Part shown: one piece after another, positions 1-10,051 of the stretch
Numbering within the stretch: the first letter of the stretch is position 1
How the letters are laid out: each line of letters starts with the position of its first letter
Source: a virus
Virus record (IMG/VR): IMGVR_UViG_3300043773_002546
Location: 1 to 64,000 of that record
Length of the DNA stretch: 64,000 bases
Strand: one strand, 5' to 3'
Position numbers and translations under genes: made by a program
Notes under the pieces: generated by a model
Told to the model about the DNA's origin: nothing
Seen by the model: the letters and a program-made list of their open reading frames with translations, nothing else
The model's database searches: none

Positions 1-1568
<1,568 letters not shown>

Positions 1569-1569
1569 C

Positions 1570-2025
1570 ATGAGCACGACTGTCAATATCGGCGCGTGCG
1601 CGTGCTGCAGCGACCAGCAGTGCGGCACACTGCTCATTACGTATGACTGGAGCGGTACAGGTCAAAACGACTTAGACACCGGCACAACTTTTTTGGGCGT
1701 TAAAGTTGGTTACTCGTGCGGTTTTAGCGGCCCATACATTTCATGGGGCGGCGATAATACAAGCGTGAACGCGACTGAAAGGGTTGAAATACGCTGGCTG
1801 CAGGCGCTTATCGACAATCAATGGTCCGGCAGCGTAAATGTAGATCTTGCCGCGGGCTGGTTCATTCCTGCCGAAGGCAGCGGGCCGTGCACGGTGCGCG
1901 TGCGCTGCCTTGAGGGCGGGCCAGAGCAATCAAAAACCATTTATCCGGGAGAGCAAAGCAGTTGCGCGTCCGAAAATGTCGGCTACATTACCATCGACGA
2001 CAACGGCACGTTTACGTTGTATTGA
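1570..2025 (+). CDS. Cys-rich hypothetical protein, probably fibre-associated
   Basis: ATG 1 nt after the collagen stop; CACC and other Cys residues. Confidence 0.65.
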   Translation: MSTTVNIGACACCSDQQCGTLLITYDWSGTGQNDLDTGTTFLGVKVGYSCGFSGPYISWGGDNTSVNATERVEIRWLQALIDNQWSGSVNVDLAAGWFIPAEGSGPCTVRVRCLEGGPEQSKTIYPGEQSSCASENVGYITIDDNGTFTLY

Positions 2026-2032
2026 TGGGCAT

Positions 2033-3925
2033 ATGACCGCTTCTCGTCGCCTGATTCTGATTCACAAGCGCGCGCCAGGTGACACGGTCGTAATGACGGG
2101 CCTGGTCCGAGACATCGCCCTAGCGCGCCCCGGCGAGTTCGAGATCGCCGTGGACACGCACGCCCCGGAGATGTGGGAAAACAATCCGCACATCGTGCCG
2201 CTCAAAGATATGAAACAGCGTGGCCCGGTTGAGCACATTAAGCTCACCTACGGCAAAGGTTTGCGCGACCAGACGCACGAGACGGTTCACTTCTTAAGCT
2301 ACTTCCACCGGGACTTTGAGGTTCAGACACGCGTACGCGTTCCGCTAACACTTCCCTACCCAGACCTGCACCTGAGCGAAGAAGAAAAGTCCCGGCGAAT
2401 CGTGGAAGGACGTTACTGGGTGTTCCTATCTGGCGGAAAAACCGACTTTACCGCCAAGGTCTGGGGCGCTGCCGCCTGGCAAGAAACTATCCGGCAGCTG
2501 ACTGCCCTGGGCATCCCCTGCGTTCAGATTGGCGGCTCCCATAAAACGCACTGGCACCCGGAGGTCCCTGGGGCGTTAAACCTCATAGGCCGGACTAGCA
2601 TGCGCGACTGGCTGCGGCTGATCGCCCAGGCCGACGGTGTTATTTGCGGGGTCACCGGCGCCATGCACATCGCCGCCGCGCTACAGCGCCCGTGCGTCGT
2701 TTTGGCGGGCGGCAGGGAAGCCTGGTGGTGGGAAGCCTATGTCCGAGAGAACCGGGGCCTGGGCGACGCTGAGGTGGCCCAAAAGCTGGCCGTTCCGCAC
2801 AGGTTTCTGCACACCATCGGCCTCCTAGACTGTTGCCAGCGCCACGGTTGCTGGAAGAACAAAGTCGTGCCCTTGAACAACGACCCGTCGGTCTGCAAAT
2901 ACCCCATTGTGACGCCCGGCCAGGCCGTGCCTAAGTGCCTGAATATGATCACCCCAGAACACGTCGTCGAGGCGGTAATGAGCTACTACGAAGACAAGAC
3001 CCTGCCCCCGATCAAGCCCCTAGACCAAGTGCACCGTTTCGCAGCTCTAGAGTGTACCGTTTCGCAGGTGCCCGCCCTGACCAGCTCCGCCCAGCTGGCG
3101 CACGACGACCCGGCGCCCACCGCGACCGTGCCGCCGACCAGTGTTAAAGACAATGATATCTTTGAGCACCCCGTCTTCGGCGGCAAAGCCACGGTGTTCG
3201 TGCTGCTTTACGGCGGCAGCGAATACCACGCCATGCACATGCGCTGCCTGAACAGCATTATCTCCACGACCCCGGCCGGGCGGATCGAGCTGCGGGTGGG
3301 ATCCAACGCCCTGTGTCCGGAAACGCGCGACGTCATAAATCGTTTGGTAGCCCACGGAGTCATCAAAAAGCATTACGAGCACCCGCAAAACAGTTACAAA
3401 TACCCTGTCATGCGCAAAATGTTTTACGACCCAGAGTCACCGATCACCACGAACTACCTGCTGTGGTTCGACGATGACTCAATTTGCGACCGCAATCAGC
3501 ACTGGTTCCTGCTCTTGGCGAAACACCTGATCGCTAACCCGGCTTCCGCACTGGTTGGCGCCGACATGGTGCTGCGGCTGTCACCTGACCAACTGGCGCT
3601 CTACAAGTCGCGTCCCTGGTATCGCGGCAAACCTTTTCGGCTCAAAAACGGCCAGCCTGCGCCAAACGGGAACTACACCAAGTTCGTCGCCGGGGGCTTC
3701 TTTGCCCTAAAGACCGACGCCATGCGGGCGGCCGATATTCCGGACGCGGCGCTTACGCACAACGGCGGAGACTACACAATTGGCGAGCAGCTTTACCAGG
3801 CGGGCTATGCCGTCTCCGGCTGGAATCGGCAAAAGCAGTTCGTGCACACATCTAGCGTGCCCAGGCGCGGCGAGAGCCAGCCGCACTTTGGCACCGCTAA
3901 CTGGCAGAAGCAGTACCAGCCATGA
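2033..3925 (+). CDS. Glycosyltransferase family 9 (ADP-heptose transferase-like) fused to a C-terminal GT-A-like domain
   Basis: RAPGDTVVMTGLVRDI N-terminus; GRTSMRDWLRLIAQADGVICGVTGAMHIAAALQRPCVVLAGG; Cys-rich end CLNMITPEHVV; second domain with WFDDDS. Confidence 0.85.
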   Translation: MTASRRLILIHKRAPGDTVVMTGLVRDIALARPGEFEIAVDTHAPEMWENNPHIVPLKDMKQRGPVEHIKLTYGKGLRDQTHETVHFLSYFHRDFEVQTRVRVPLTLPYPDLHLSEEEKSRRIVEGRYWVFLSGGKTDFTAKVWGAAAWQETIRQLTALGIPCVQIGGSHKTHWHPEVPGALNLIGRTSMRDWLRLIAQADGVICGVTGAMHIAAALQRPCVVLAGGREAWWWEAYVRENRGLGDAEVAQKLAVPHRFLHTIGLLDCCQRHGCWKNKVVPLNNDPSVCKYPIVTPGQAVPKCLNMITPEHVVEAVMSYYEDKTLPPIKPLDQVHRFAALECTVSQVPALTSSAQLAHDDPAPTATVPPTSVKDNDIFEHPVFGGKATVFVLLYGGSEYHAMHMRCLNSIISTTPAGRIELRVGSNALCPETRDVINRLVAHGVIKKHYEHPQNSYKYPVMRKMFYDPESPITTNYLLWFDDDSICDRNQHWFLLLAKHLIANPASALVGADMVLRLSPDQLALYKSRPWYRGKPFRLKNGQPAPNGNYTKFVAGGFFALKTDAMRAADIPDAALTHNGGDYTIGEQLYQAGYAVSGWNRQKQFVHTSSVPRRGESQPHFGTANWQKQYQP

Positions 3926-4275
3926 GCAGTCTAACCCTGGGCCGCGACGACCTGATGCGCCTCGCCTTCGAGGAAGATTTCTTCGACGCTAACCCGGCTC
4001 TGGCCGAGCTGCGCGAGGAAGTGCGAACATGCCGCGCGGCTTACCAGAGCGACGCTGCCTCCAGCCGCTGCCGCTGTGGCGGAGATCCGAGGTTAATCCT
4101 GGGCTGCCTGGGCGCCTTGTTAACGCGCCTGGAAAGCCTACGCACCGAGGATCACGCGGCCCTGGCGCAGTTCTTCGCGTATGTCGGGGCCAAGCGCAAC
4201 AAAAATGTCAGCTCCGTTACAATATACTATCGCGGTACGTCGCAAACCCCGCTGCGAAAGATCCGGCTTCCATGA
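3922..4275 (+). CDS. Hypothetical protein
   Basis: ATGA overlap with the previous gene; ORF track. Confidence 0.65.
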   Translation: MSSLTLGRDDLMRLAFEEDFFDANPALAELREEVRTCRAAYQSDAASSRCRCGGDPRLILGCLGALLTRLESLRTEDHAALAQFFAYVGAKRNKNVSSVTIYYRGTSQTPLRKIRLP

Positions 4276-4550
4276 GCACCGTCAGCCCCGTCACATCGAA
4301 ACTTTTCTACGGCACCGGCTCGCAGGCGGTGGCCGACGGCGTAGCTTCGCTGCCGGTGAAGGTCCGCCTCCGCGACAGCCTGCTGCGCCCCGTGGCGGGC
4401 GTAGCAGTCGAGCTGGTGGCCGACCGAACGGGCGTCACAATCGAGCAGCCGGGCCTCACGGACGCCGCCGGATTGGCCATCGGTTTCGTGCGGGCCACGA
4501 CGCCCGGCCCTGTTAACATCAGCTGCCTGGTGCCGCAGGCCGAAGAATAG
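4272..4550 (+). CDS. Small Ig-like (Big_1/invasin-type) domain protein
   Basis: AVADGVASLPVKVRLRDSLLRPVAGVAVEL...TDAAGLAIGFVRATTPGPVNIS matches the bacterial Ig-like group 1 pattern. Confidence 0.65.
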   Translation: MSTVSPVTSKLFYGTGSQAVADGVASLPVKVRLRDSLLRPVAGVAVELVADRTGVTIEQPGLTDAAGLAIGFVRATTPGPVNISCLVPQAEE

Positions 4551-4574
4551 CACCACGCCGCCAAGGAGGGCGCC

Positions 4575-5117
4575 ATGAGCAGTTGCGAGAATCCGTCGTC
4601 GTACGAAGGCTTAGTCGAGCTGGACGGCCGTCTTGGGCTGAACTTCTACAGCCCCGAGCTTATCCCCGAACCGCCCACAGGCAACGGCCGCCGGATCCAC
4701 CTGGTCTGGTCCGTCTCGCGTTACAACTACCACGACACAGACGGCATCCGGGTGCGGATCACGGCCCAGGACGCCGAAGGCATGCCCGACAAGGTCTTTG
4801 CCTATTTGCTGTTGCCGATGAAGCCCGGGGCTGGAGAACGGGTGGGAGAGTTTAGCCACGTTTGCTCGCCCGTAGACCTAGAAGAGTACCCCGAAGACGA
4901 GCCCGTCGCCGGACAGCGCCCCGAGTGGTTCCGCCTGAACTACGTCGACGTGCTCCTGCGCTCGCGCACCGAGGTCCACGAGTTCATCAAGGAAGTGTGC
5001 GGCGACGTGAATCGCCTCAAGAGCACGCTGGACCTTATGGACACGCTGCTGCCTGGCGGCGAGTTATGGGTTGGCGGCGCGCCGGAAGCCGAGTCTTCCT
5101 CATCCGAAGGAGTCTGA
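4575..5117 (+). CDS. Hypothetical protein
   Basis: AAGGAGG Shine-Dalgarno; 180 aa ORF. Confidence 0.75.
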   Translation: MSSCENPSSYEGLVELDGRLGLNFYSPELIPEPPTGNGRRIHLVWSVSRYNYHDTDGIRVRITAQDAEGMPDKVFAYLLLPMKPGAGERVGEFSHVCSPVDLEEYPEDEPVAGQRPEWFRLNYVDVLLRSRTEVHEFIKEVCGDVNRLKSTLDLMDTLLPGGELWVGGAPEAESSSSEGV

Positions 5118-5119
5118 CA

Positions 5120-5422
5120 ATGGCCGAACTGGTTGTGCTGGAAGATAGCACCATACTGACGATGATCAACGACAAGAAGTTTGCCCAGACCATTCCTTGT
5201 CTGTTCAACAAGGCAGTTATATTTACGCAGCAAGGCGGCGGTTGCGGCGCCTGTCGCCGTAAGCGCGAACAACGTATGCGTGAGGAAATGGCGCGCATCA
5301 AGTCCTGCCTTGGCTCCTTAGACGTTACTAAGAAGAACGAGCTTAAAGCGCTGCTGGGCGCCAAAAAGATTCGCGTGACATTTACGCGCCCGGGCGGCGA
5401 AGTCGTCCAGCTAACCTTCTAG
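5120..5422 (+). CDS. Hypothetical protein with CxxC
   Basis: AAGGAG SD; GCGACRR motif. Confidence 0.7.
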   Translation: MAELVVLEDSTILTMINDKKFAQTIPCLFNKAVIFTQQGGGCGACRRKREQRMREEMARIKSCLGSLDVTKKNELKALLGAKKIRVTFTRPGGEVVQLTF

Positions 5423-5452
5423 CCGCACCTGCCACGCGTAGGCTGCGATCTT

Positions 5453-5529
5453 CCGCCGCTCTGTTCCAACCGAATGCCTGCGTACCACGCAGGTCAGGCT
5501 GCGCGCCAGTAGGTTGGGCGGGGCGGCGG
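5453..5529 (+). ncRNA. Candidate structured RNA or terminator (nested stems)
   Basis: ccgccgc/gcggcgg, ccaacc/ggttgg and cctgcgt/acgcagg pair in nested order; followed by ttgtatttt. Confidence 0.4.
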
Positions 5530-5578
5530 TTGTATTTTGCGTTGCTAAATTTGCGCAAAAATAGCGGCATATTCAATG

Positions 5579-5622
5579 TTCTATGTACTGCTATCAACAC
5601 GGGAGTGTTGAAGTACATAGAA
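5579..5622. promoter_or_regulatory. Long hairpin just upstream of the RBS of 5645..6043
   Basis: ttctatgtact/agtacatagaa (11 bp) plus tcaacac/gtgttga (7 bp); AAGGAGG follows at about 5629. Confidence 0.6.
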
Positions 5623-5644
5623 ATTATCAAGGAGGCGTTTCGCC

Positions 5645-6043
5645 ATGTTCCTTTCTCTTTTGGCTGATCACGATCTCGATGATGTCCGCAGCTCGGACGA
5701 CACCCACCGGGCTATCACCGCGCGCATCGACCGCGAAGTTAACGACGGCACGCTGGTGCCCGAGTTTGTGCAAAAGCAGATTGACGACGTGACCGAGCAA
5801 ATCGGCCACCTGGTCATGGCGGAGTTTCCGGACAAGAAAGATGCAACCCCAGAAGAGCAGGAAGAGATGCGCTACCTGCGCGTTCATGCCTACTACCTGG
5901 AGTTCATTCGCAGCATCGAAAAGTCCCAGCGGGCCCAGGCCACGCGGGAGTTTGATGAGTACTTTGGCGTGCTGATCCGCAACGCCAACGAGCCGATGTA
6001 CACCGTCGGCGTCGACTCCAACGGCGAAGTCTTCGCCGCTTAA
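5645..6043 (+). CDS. Hypothetical protein bracketed by hairpins
   Basis: Strong SD; GC3-rich codons. Confidence 0.75.
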   Translation: MFLSLLADHDLDDVRSSDDTHRAITARIDREVNDGTLVPEFVQKQIDDVTEQIGHLVMAEFPDKKDATPEEQEEMRYLRVHAYYLEFIRSIEKSQRAQATREFDEYFGVLIRNANEPMYTVGVDSNGEVFAA

Positions 6044-6050
6044 CCCCATC

Positions 6051-6115
6051 GCTGCAGCCTTGAGGCTGGGCACTCACATCCCAAAGATGTAAGTGACCCA
6101 GCCTCAAGGTGCAGC
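6051..6115. other. About 30-bp imperfect inverted repeat (long stem-loop)
   Basis: gctgca-g-ccttgaggctggg-cactcacatc / ccaaa / gatgtaagtg-a-cccagcctcaagg-tgcagc. Confidence 0.75.
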
Positions 6116-6157
6116 CTACGACTTAGCTCTCACGTTTTCCTTAGCTATCGGAGAATC

Positions 6158-6661
6158 ATGAGCAAAAAGAAAAAGCTCTCCCGGACCCTGGACCCCCAGC
6201 CCCGCAAGCGTCGCGCGAAGTTCGTCATGGCCCGGCCCAACGACGACATCGACGCCTACGGCTGGTCGCTGAAAAACGTCCGTACGCCGACCGAAGACAA
6301 AGACATCGCGGGGCGCCCCGTGTTCCACGTTCCCGTCAGCATCGAGGACATCCGCCGCTACGGCACCGAGGTGCAGTTCCTCTGCCCCGAGTACGTGCAG
6401 ATGCAGCTGGACAATTGCCCAAGCGTCACCGGCGCCTTGGAAAAAGCGAAGGCCGCGAGCTGGACGCCCGAGGCCCTCAAGAAACTGCAGGACGCAGTGA
6501 TTAAAGTTTTCAGCGAGAAAGTGCTTGTCGACGTGGCCGGGCACTTCTACGCGATCGCCCCGGTGGTTGCCGAGTTTCTCGCCGCGCGCGCTGCCCATCG
6601 CGACATGTTTGGTCACGAGGACGAAGAGGACGAGGAAGAAACTACAGCGAAGCCAAAATGA
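6158..6661 (+). CDS. Hypothetical protein
   Basis: GGAG SD; 167 aa ORF. Confidence 0.75.
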   Translation: MSKKKKLSRTLDPQPRKRRAKFVMARPNDDIDAYGWSLKNVRTPTEDKDIAGRPVFHVPVSIEDIRRYGTEVQFLCPEYVQMQLDNCPSVTGALEKAKAASWTPEALKKLQDAVIKVFSEKVLVDVAGHFYAIAPVVAEFLAARAAHRDMFGHEDEEDEEETTAKPK

Positions 6662-6917
6662 CAAAGTCGCGCCGGTAGCCCATAACAGGGCCGCGTTTAC
6701 CAAGGAGCAAGTCGTCATCGGTCTTGCCGTCGGCGTCGACAGGGTAGGGCCCGCTGGCGTTAGACACGCCGGGACGGTTCAGGCCCAGCTCCGCTGCTTT
6801 CTGGAGTACCATGTTGCTCGTCGCCGCGGCCATGAGCTCCTCGATGCCTTTCCCGGCTACCGTGAACTCCGCCCGACCGCTTGCCACCTTCGACATGTTA
6901 TCGAGAATGGAAACCAT
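6642..6917 (-). CDS. Hypothetical protein
   Basis: Start chosen at CAT 6915-6917, with AGGAG (ctcct 6926-6930) 8 nt upstream. Confidence 0.6.
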   Translation of the reverse strand: MVSILDNMSKVASGRAEFTVAGKGIEELMAAATSNMVLQKAAELGLNRPGVSNASGPYPVDADGKTDDDLLLGKRGPVMGYRRDFVILASL

Positions 6918-7407
6918 GAAAAAAACTCCTAGTGATGCTGAACCGGTCACAACCCTGGCCAGTTTAGCGCCGATCTTAAAGCTCGACAAGCTACAAATTA
7001 AGAGCGTTTTGCGGTCCTACAACTACACTGATGACCCGTCGCCGTTGCCGCGCTACGTTACGCTGCACCTGCTTTTGGCGGACATCTTAGAGCGACTGGC
7101 ATTTCTCAAGCCCAGTCAGCGCCAGGCAATTGCCGACGCCTACGACGCGGAGATCGCAGCCAACATGCCGCAGTGGCAAACCCTGGCATTTGCCGACGGT
7201 AACTGGTGCACCTGGACCGGCCGCACGGGCTGGCTGGACCTGACAAGCGGCGACACCATTGATGTGCTGCCCGCGCCTCCAGTGGAGACGATCGGGTACA
7301 ATTTGGTCGTGCTCTATGACCGCGCTATCGCCCAGATCCAGAAGCGAGCTCAACATGCCCAAGAACATCCTGCAGGAAGCCCTGACGAGCCGGGAGACGT
7401 TTGCTAG
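6916..7407 (+). CDS. Hypothetical protein
   Basis: ORF track frame; start uncertain (6907 or 6916). Confidence 0.6.
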   Translation: MKKTPSDAEPVTTLASLAPILKLDKLQIKSVLRSYNYTDDPSPLPRYVTLHLLLADILERLAFLKPSQRQAIADAYDAEIAANMPQWQTLAFADGNWCTWTGRTGWLDLTSGDTIDVLPAPPVETIGYNLVVLYDRAIAQIQKRAQHAQEHPAGSPDEPGDVC

Positions 7408-8029
7408 CGTTCTTCTGACGTTGTTCCTGGATCGATTTGGCATGGAGGCGCTGGAGTGGGATCCGGCCACGATCACCCTGGAGCTCGAGGAGGAGTTTGA
7501 TATCAAACTTCCCCAATTAACTCTGGACAAGCTCCTGGTGGCGATCCAGATCCTCACCACCGACAGCTTCTTCAAGTCAGCGCCCGACTTCATCGACTTT
7601 TGCAATGTCCTTTCCGGCGCCACATACCGGCCCGATATGTGGGACCCTGCGGACGCTGAAGAGGTCGCGTGGGGTCTCACCGAAGCGTTGCTGATTTCGC
7701 CGCCCGACGAAGGTGACCAAGAGCCGTTCACCGACGAAATTCGCGCCTACATCGGCTCTGTGCTTGACTCCGAGGGGCTAATCAACCCGCCGGACATTCT
7801 ACGCATAGCATTGCGGCAGGTGCGCGTCTCGCCAGCAATCGAGGACTTCTCCGACGACCCGGAAATGTTCGCCTCAATTTACGAGGTAGAGCGCGGCAAG
7901 ACCGAAGACATTAATCAGACAATTGTTACCAAGACGCAGCTCTTAGCCGCGCAACTTGCGGCGCTGGATCTGAAAAACGGTAGCGCAAAAAACGTAGCAC
8001 AAATGCTGCAGGCGTCCCTGCAGCGTTAA
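7355..8029 (+). CDS. Hypothetical acidic phage protein, possibly virion
   Basis: Globular-looking 224 aa ORF overlapping the upstream gene. Confidence 0.7.
   Translation: MPKNILQEALTSRETFASVLLTLFLDRFGMEALEWDPATITLELEEEFDIKLPQLTLDKLLVAIQILTTDSFFKSAPDFIDFCNVLSGATYRPDMWDPADAEEVAWGLTEALLISPPDEGDQEPFTDEIRAYIGSVLDSEGLINPPDILRIALRQVRVSPAIEDFSDDPEMFASIYEVERGKTEDINQTIVTKTQLLAAQLAALDLKNGSAKNVAQMLQASLQR
7493..7510. repeat. Dispersed palindrome copy (gagtttgatatcaaactt)
   Basis: Perfect 16-bp palindrome with TTGATATCAA core, inside a CDS. Confidence 0.7.
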
Positions 8030-8047
8030 GCTGCAGAAAGACAGTCA

Positions 8048-8245
8048 ATGCTTGTGCTCTCGCGTAGCCTCAATGAGGCTATTAAAATCGGCGACAACGT
8101 AACCATTACGATTGTCGAGATTCTTAAAGACCGCGTAAAGTTGGGCATTACCGCACCGCCAAACATCCGTGTTTTTCGCGCGGAGCTTTTGCGGCAGCCA
8201 CCCAAGGAGAAAAACAGCCATGGGCTGGAACGACCGAATGGGTGA
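8048..8245 (+). CDS. csrA: Carbon storage regulator CsrA homolog
   Basis: MLVLSRSLNEAIKIGDNVTITIVEILKDRVKLGITAPPNIRVFRAEL matches the CsrA consensus. Confidence 0.93.
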   Translation: MLVLSRSLNEAIKIGDNVTITIVEILKDRVKLGITAPPNIRVFRAELLRQPPKEKNSHGLERPNG

Positions 8246-8355
8246 CGACCCGTACGGGCCAACCGAAGATGAGCGCCAGTCGTATTTTGACTGGCTGGAA
8301 TACAACGATTACCTCCTGCGACTTGACGCCGCATTAAACGAAGAGGAAAAACAAA

Positions 8356-8664
8356 ATGAGTCAAAGCAAAATCAAAGCGCCCCAGCTGAAGATCAACCCG
8401 GATGCACTGGTAAAAGATCAAGCGCTGCTCGACAGCATTTCCTTGGTCACGGCGATCTTTGCGCACGCGAAGAGGCGCCCGGCTGTCCGCGCCGCGTTTT
8501 TCGCGATTCTCAGGGGCACGGCGACGCTGCTGATGGCCGAGGACAAGAAGTTCCCGACCGCGCTGCAGCTGATGGACAAGGACGCGGTTGAGGAAGGCTA
8601 CGGCGAATCTGTACTGGTTAAAAAGAAGACAGCGAAAAGAAAAGGAGCGTTACGTGGCAAGTAA
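8356..8664 (+). CDS. Hypothetical protein
   Basis: GAGG SD; ORF track. Confidence 0.65.
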   Translation: MSQSKIKAPQLKINPDALVKDQALLDSISLVTAIFAHAKRRPAVRAAFFAILRGTATLLMAEDKKFPTALQLMDKDAVEEGYGESVLVKKKTAKRKGALRGK

Positions 8665-8932
8665 AAAAGAAACGCGAATTCGTACGCGCTGTTTAAACAA
8701 TATCTGGGCCGATTTGGAAAAACTGCACGAACAGCTAATAAGTAACAAAGTAGAACGCATCCCGTCGTGGGATCTGCGCGCAATCCAGCAGCTTACCAGC
8801 GGGTTAAAAGCGGCTGTCAATCACTACGTTGGTTTGCCAGATCGTTTTGACACGTTAGCCCGCCATGTCGCCATCCAGCGCGAGCATATAAAGCTGCTCG
8901 AGCGGAAGAAGGCTGTCACCCGCCGACGCTGA
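8654..8932 (+). CDS. Hypothetical protein
   Basis: GTG start after AAGGAG; the 3' end overlaps the convergent gene. Confidence 0.55.
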   Translation: MASKKETRIRTRCLNNIWADLEKLHEQLISNKVERIPSWDLRAIQQLTSGLKAAVNHYVGLPDRFDTLARHVAIQREHIKLLERKKAVTRRR

Positions 8933-10051
8933 CTTCACCGCAGGTTCGGCGCCCTTCTCGGTCAGGAGCCGGTCGAGCGTGCCAGCCATGCCGCGGTCAA
9001 GCGTGGGGACGATCGCCGCGAGCTTATCGCGGTCGAGGTACACGCCACCGGCGGTTACAGCGTCGGCGAACTCGTCGCCCAGCCAAGCCCGGTACTCGTC
9101 CACCGCCACCTTCTCCAGGTCGTCCAGGTGGTAGACATTGCCCGTCGTGGTCTCGACGTGCGCGGCCATGAAGTCCGCGGCCACCTTCTCAGTGATCGCA
9201 AAGAGGACCTCTTCGGCCCGCGCCAGTCCGCCCTCGTCGTAAAGGCGGCAAAGGTGGGTGCTGCGGTCGATGTTGTCGACCACGCTGGCCAGCTTTAGCC
9301 GGGTCTCTTCCGTGCGGGCGTCGTCCGGGTTGGCATCGACCATCTCGGCCAGCTTGACCAGCTCGCCAGCCAGTTCGGCGTGGTTGCGGCGCAGAAGCTC
9401 GGCACGGCCGCGGATCATCTCCGAAGCCACCTTGGCAGCGCAGGCCCCGCGGCCCGCCGCCAGGTCGAGCGTGCCCTCAGCCGGGCTCACGTCTGCGGCG
9501 TACTCCAGGGCCTTATCGAGAATTTTTGTGGCGATCTTGTGCCGGTCCTCGAAGGCAAACTCGTCGCGGTACTTCTTAAAGTGCGCCGAGGCGTACTTAA
9601 CTTCCGTGGCGTTACGGAGCGGCCAGTGCCGCTCGACGGCGCCAGTGTCCGTGCGCCAGACGATAGCAAAATCCTCGTCAGGCAGCGTTGTCAGGTCGCT
9701 CCCGGCGGCAGCGGATTGTTTCTCCCACAGTTCGTTTACAAGCCCAGCGATGCCAAAATAGTTAGCAGCGGCTTTAATACGCTCTTTGATGCTGGCAGCT
9801 GCGGCGTTATCAAACGCGGCCCGCTTGTCGCCAAAGAACAGGGCTGACATGTAGGTTGCGGGTGCGGAGTGGCACGGATAAAGTTTAGTAGCGAGGTCTG
9901 CGTACACGTGGCGCGGCAGCGCTTCGGCGTCACCGTGCAGCCGCTCGTGGCTGGCCGACTTCACGAAATCGGGCAGCGGATAAAGGCTCGTCAGCCGGTG
10001 AGTTTCGCGGCCGGAAATGTCGCGCGTGTGATCCAGAGGATTGTTTGACAT
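8855..10051 (-). CDS. Hypothetical large-phage protein (MSNNPLDHTRDISG...)
   Basis: Long GC3-biased ORF; start at CAT 10049-10051 with SD upstream. The longer 5' extension in the track overlaps the primase-like gene. Confidence 0.75.
   Translation of the reverse strand: MSNNPLDHTRDISGRETHRLTSLYPLPDFVKSASHERLHGDAEALPRHVYADLATKLYPCHSAPATYMSALFFGDKRAAFDNAAAASIKERIKAAANYFGIAGLVNELWEKQSAAAGSDLTTLPDEDFAIVWRTDTGAVERHWPLRNATEVKYASAHFKKYRDEFAFEDRHKIATKILDKALEYAADVSPAEGTLDLAAGRGACAAKVASEMIRGRAELLRRNHAELAGELVKLAEMVDANPDDARTEETRLKLASVVDNIDRSTHLCRLYDEGGLARAEEVLFAITEKVAADFMAAHVETTTGNVYHLDDLEKVAVDEYRAWLGDEFADAVTAGGVYLDRDKLAAIVPTLDRGMAGTLDRLLTEKGAEPAVKSASAGDSLLPLEQLYMLALDGDMAG

Noticed and set aside
5492-5524. 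5-nt periodic GGY triplets (5 of 7 positions) as a possible RAMP guide
   Set aside because: Too short for a GC-rich background, explained by the hairpin arms, and 54 kb from the RAMP-like gene.
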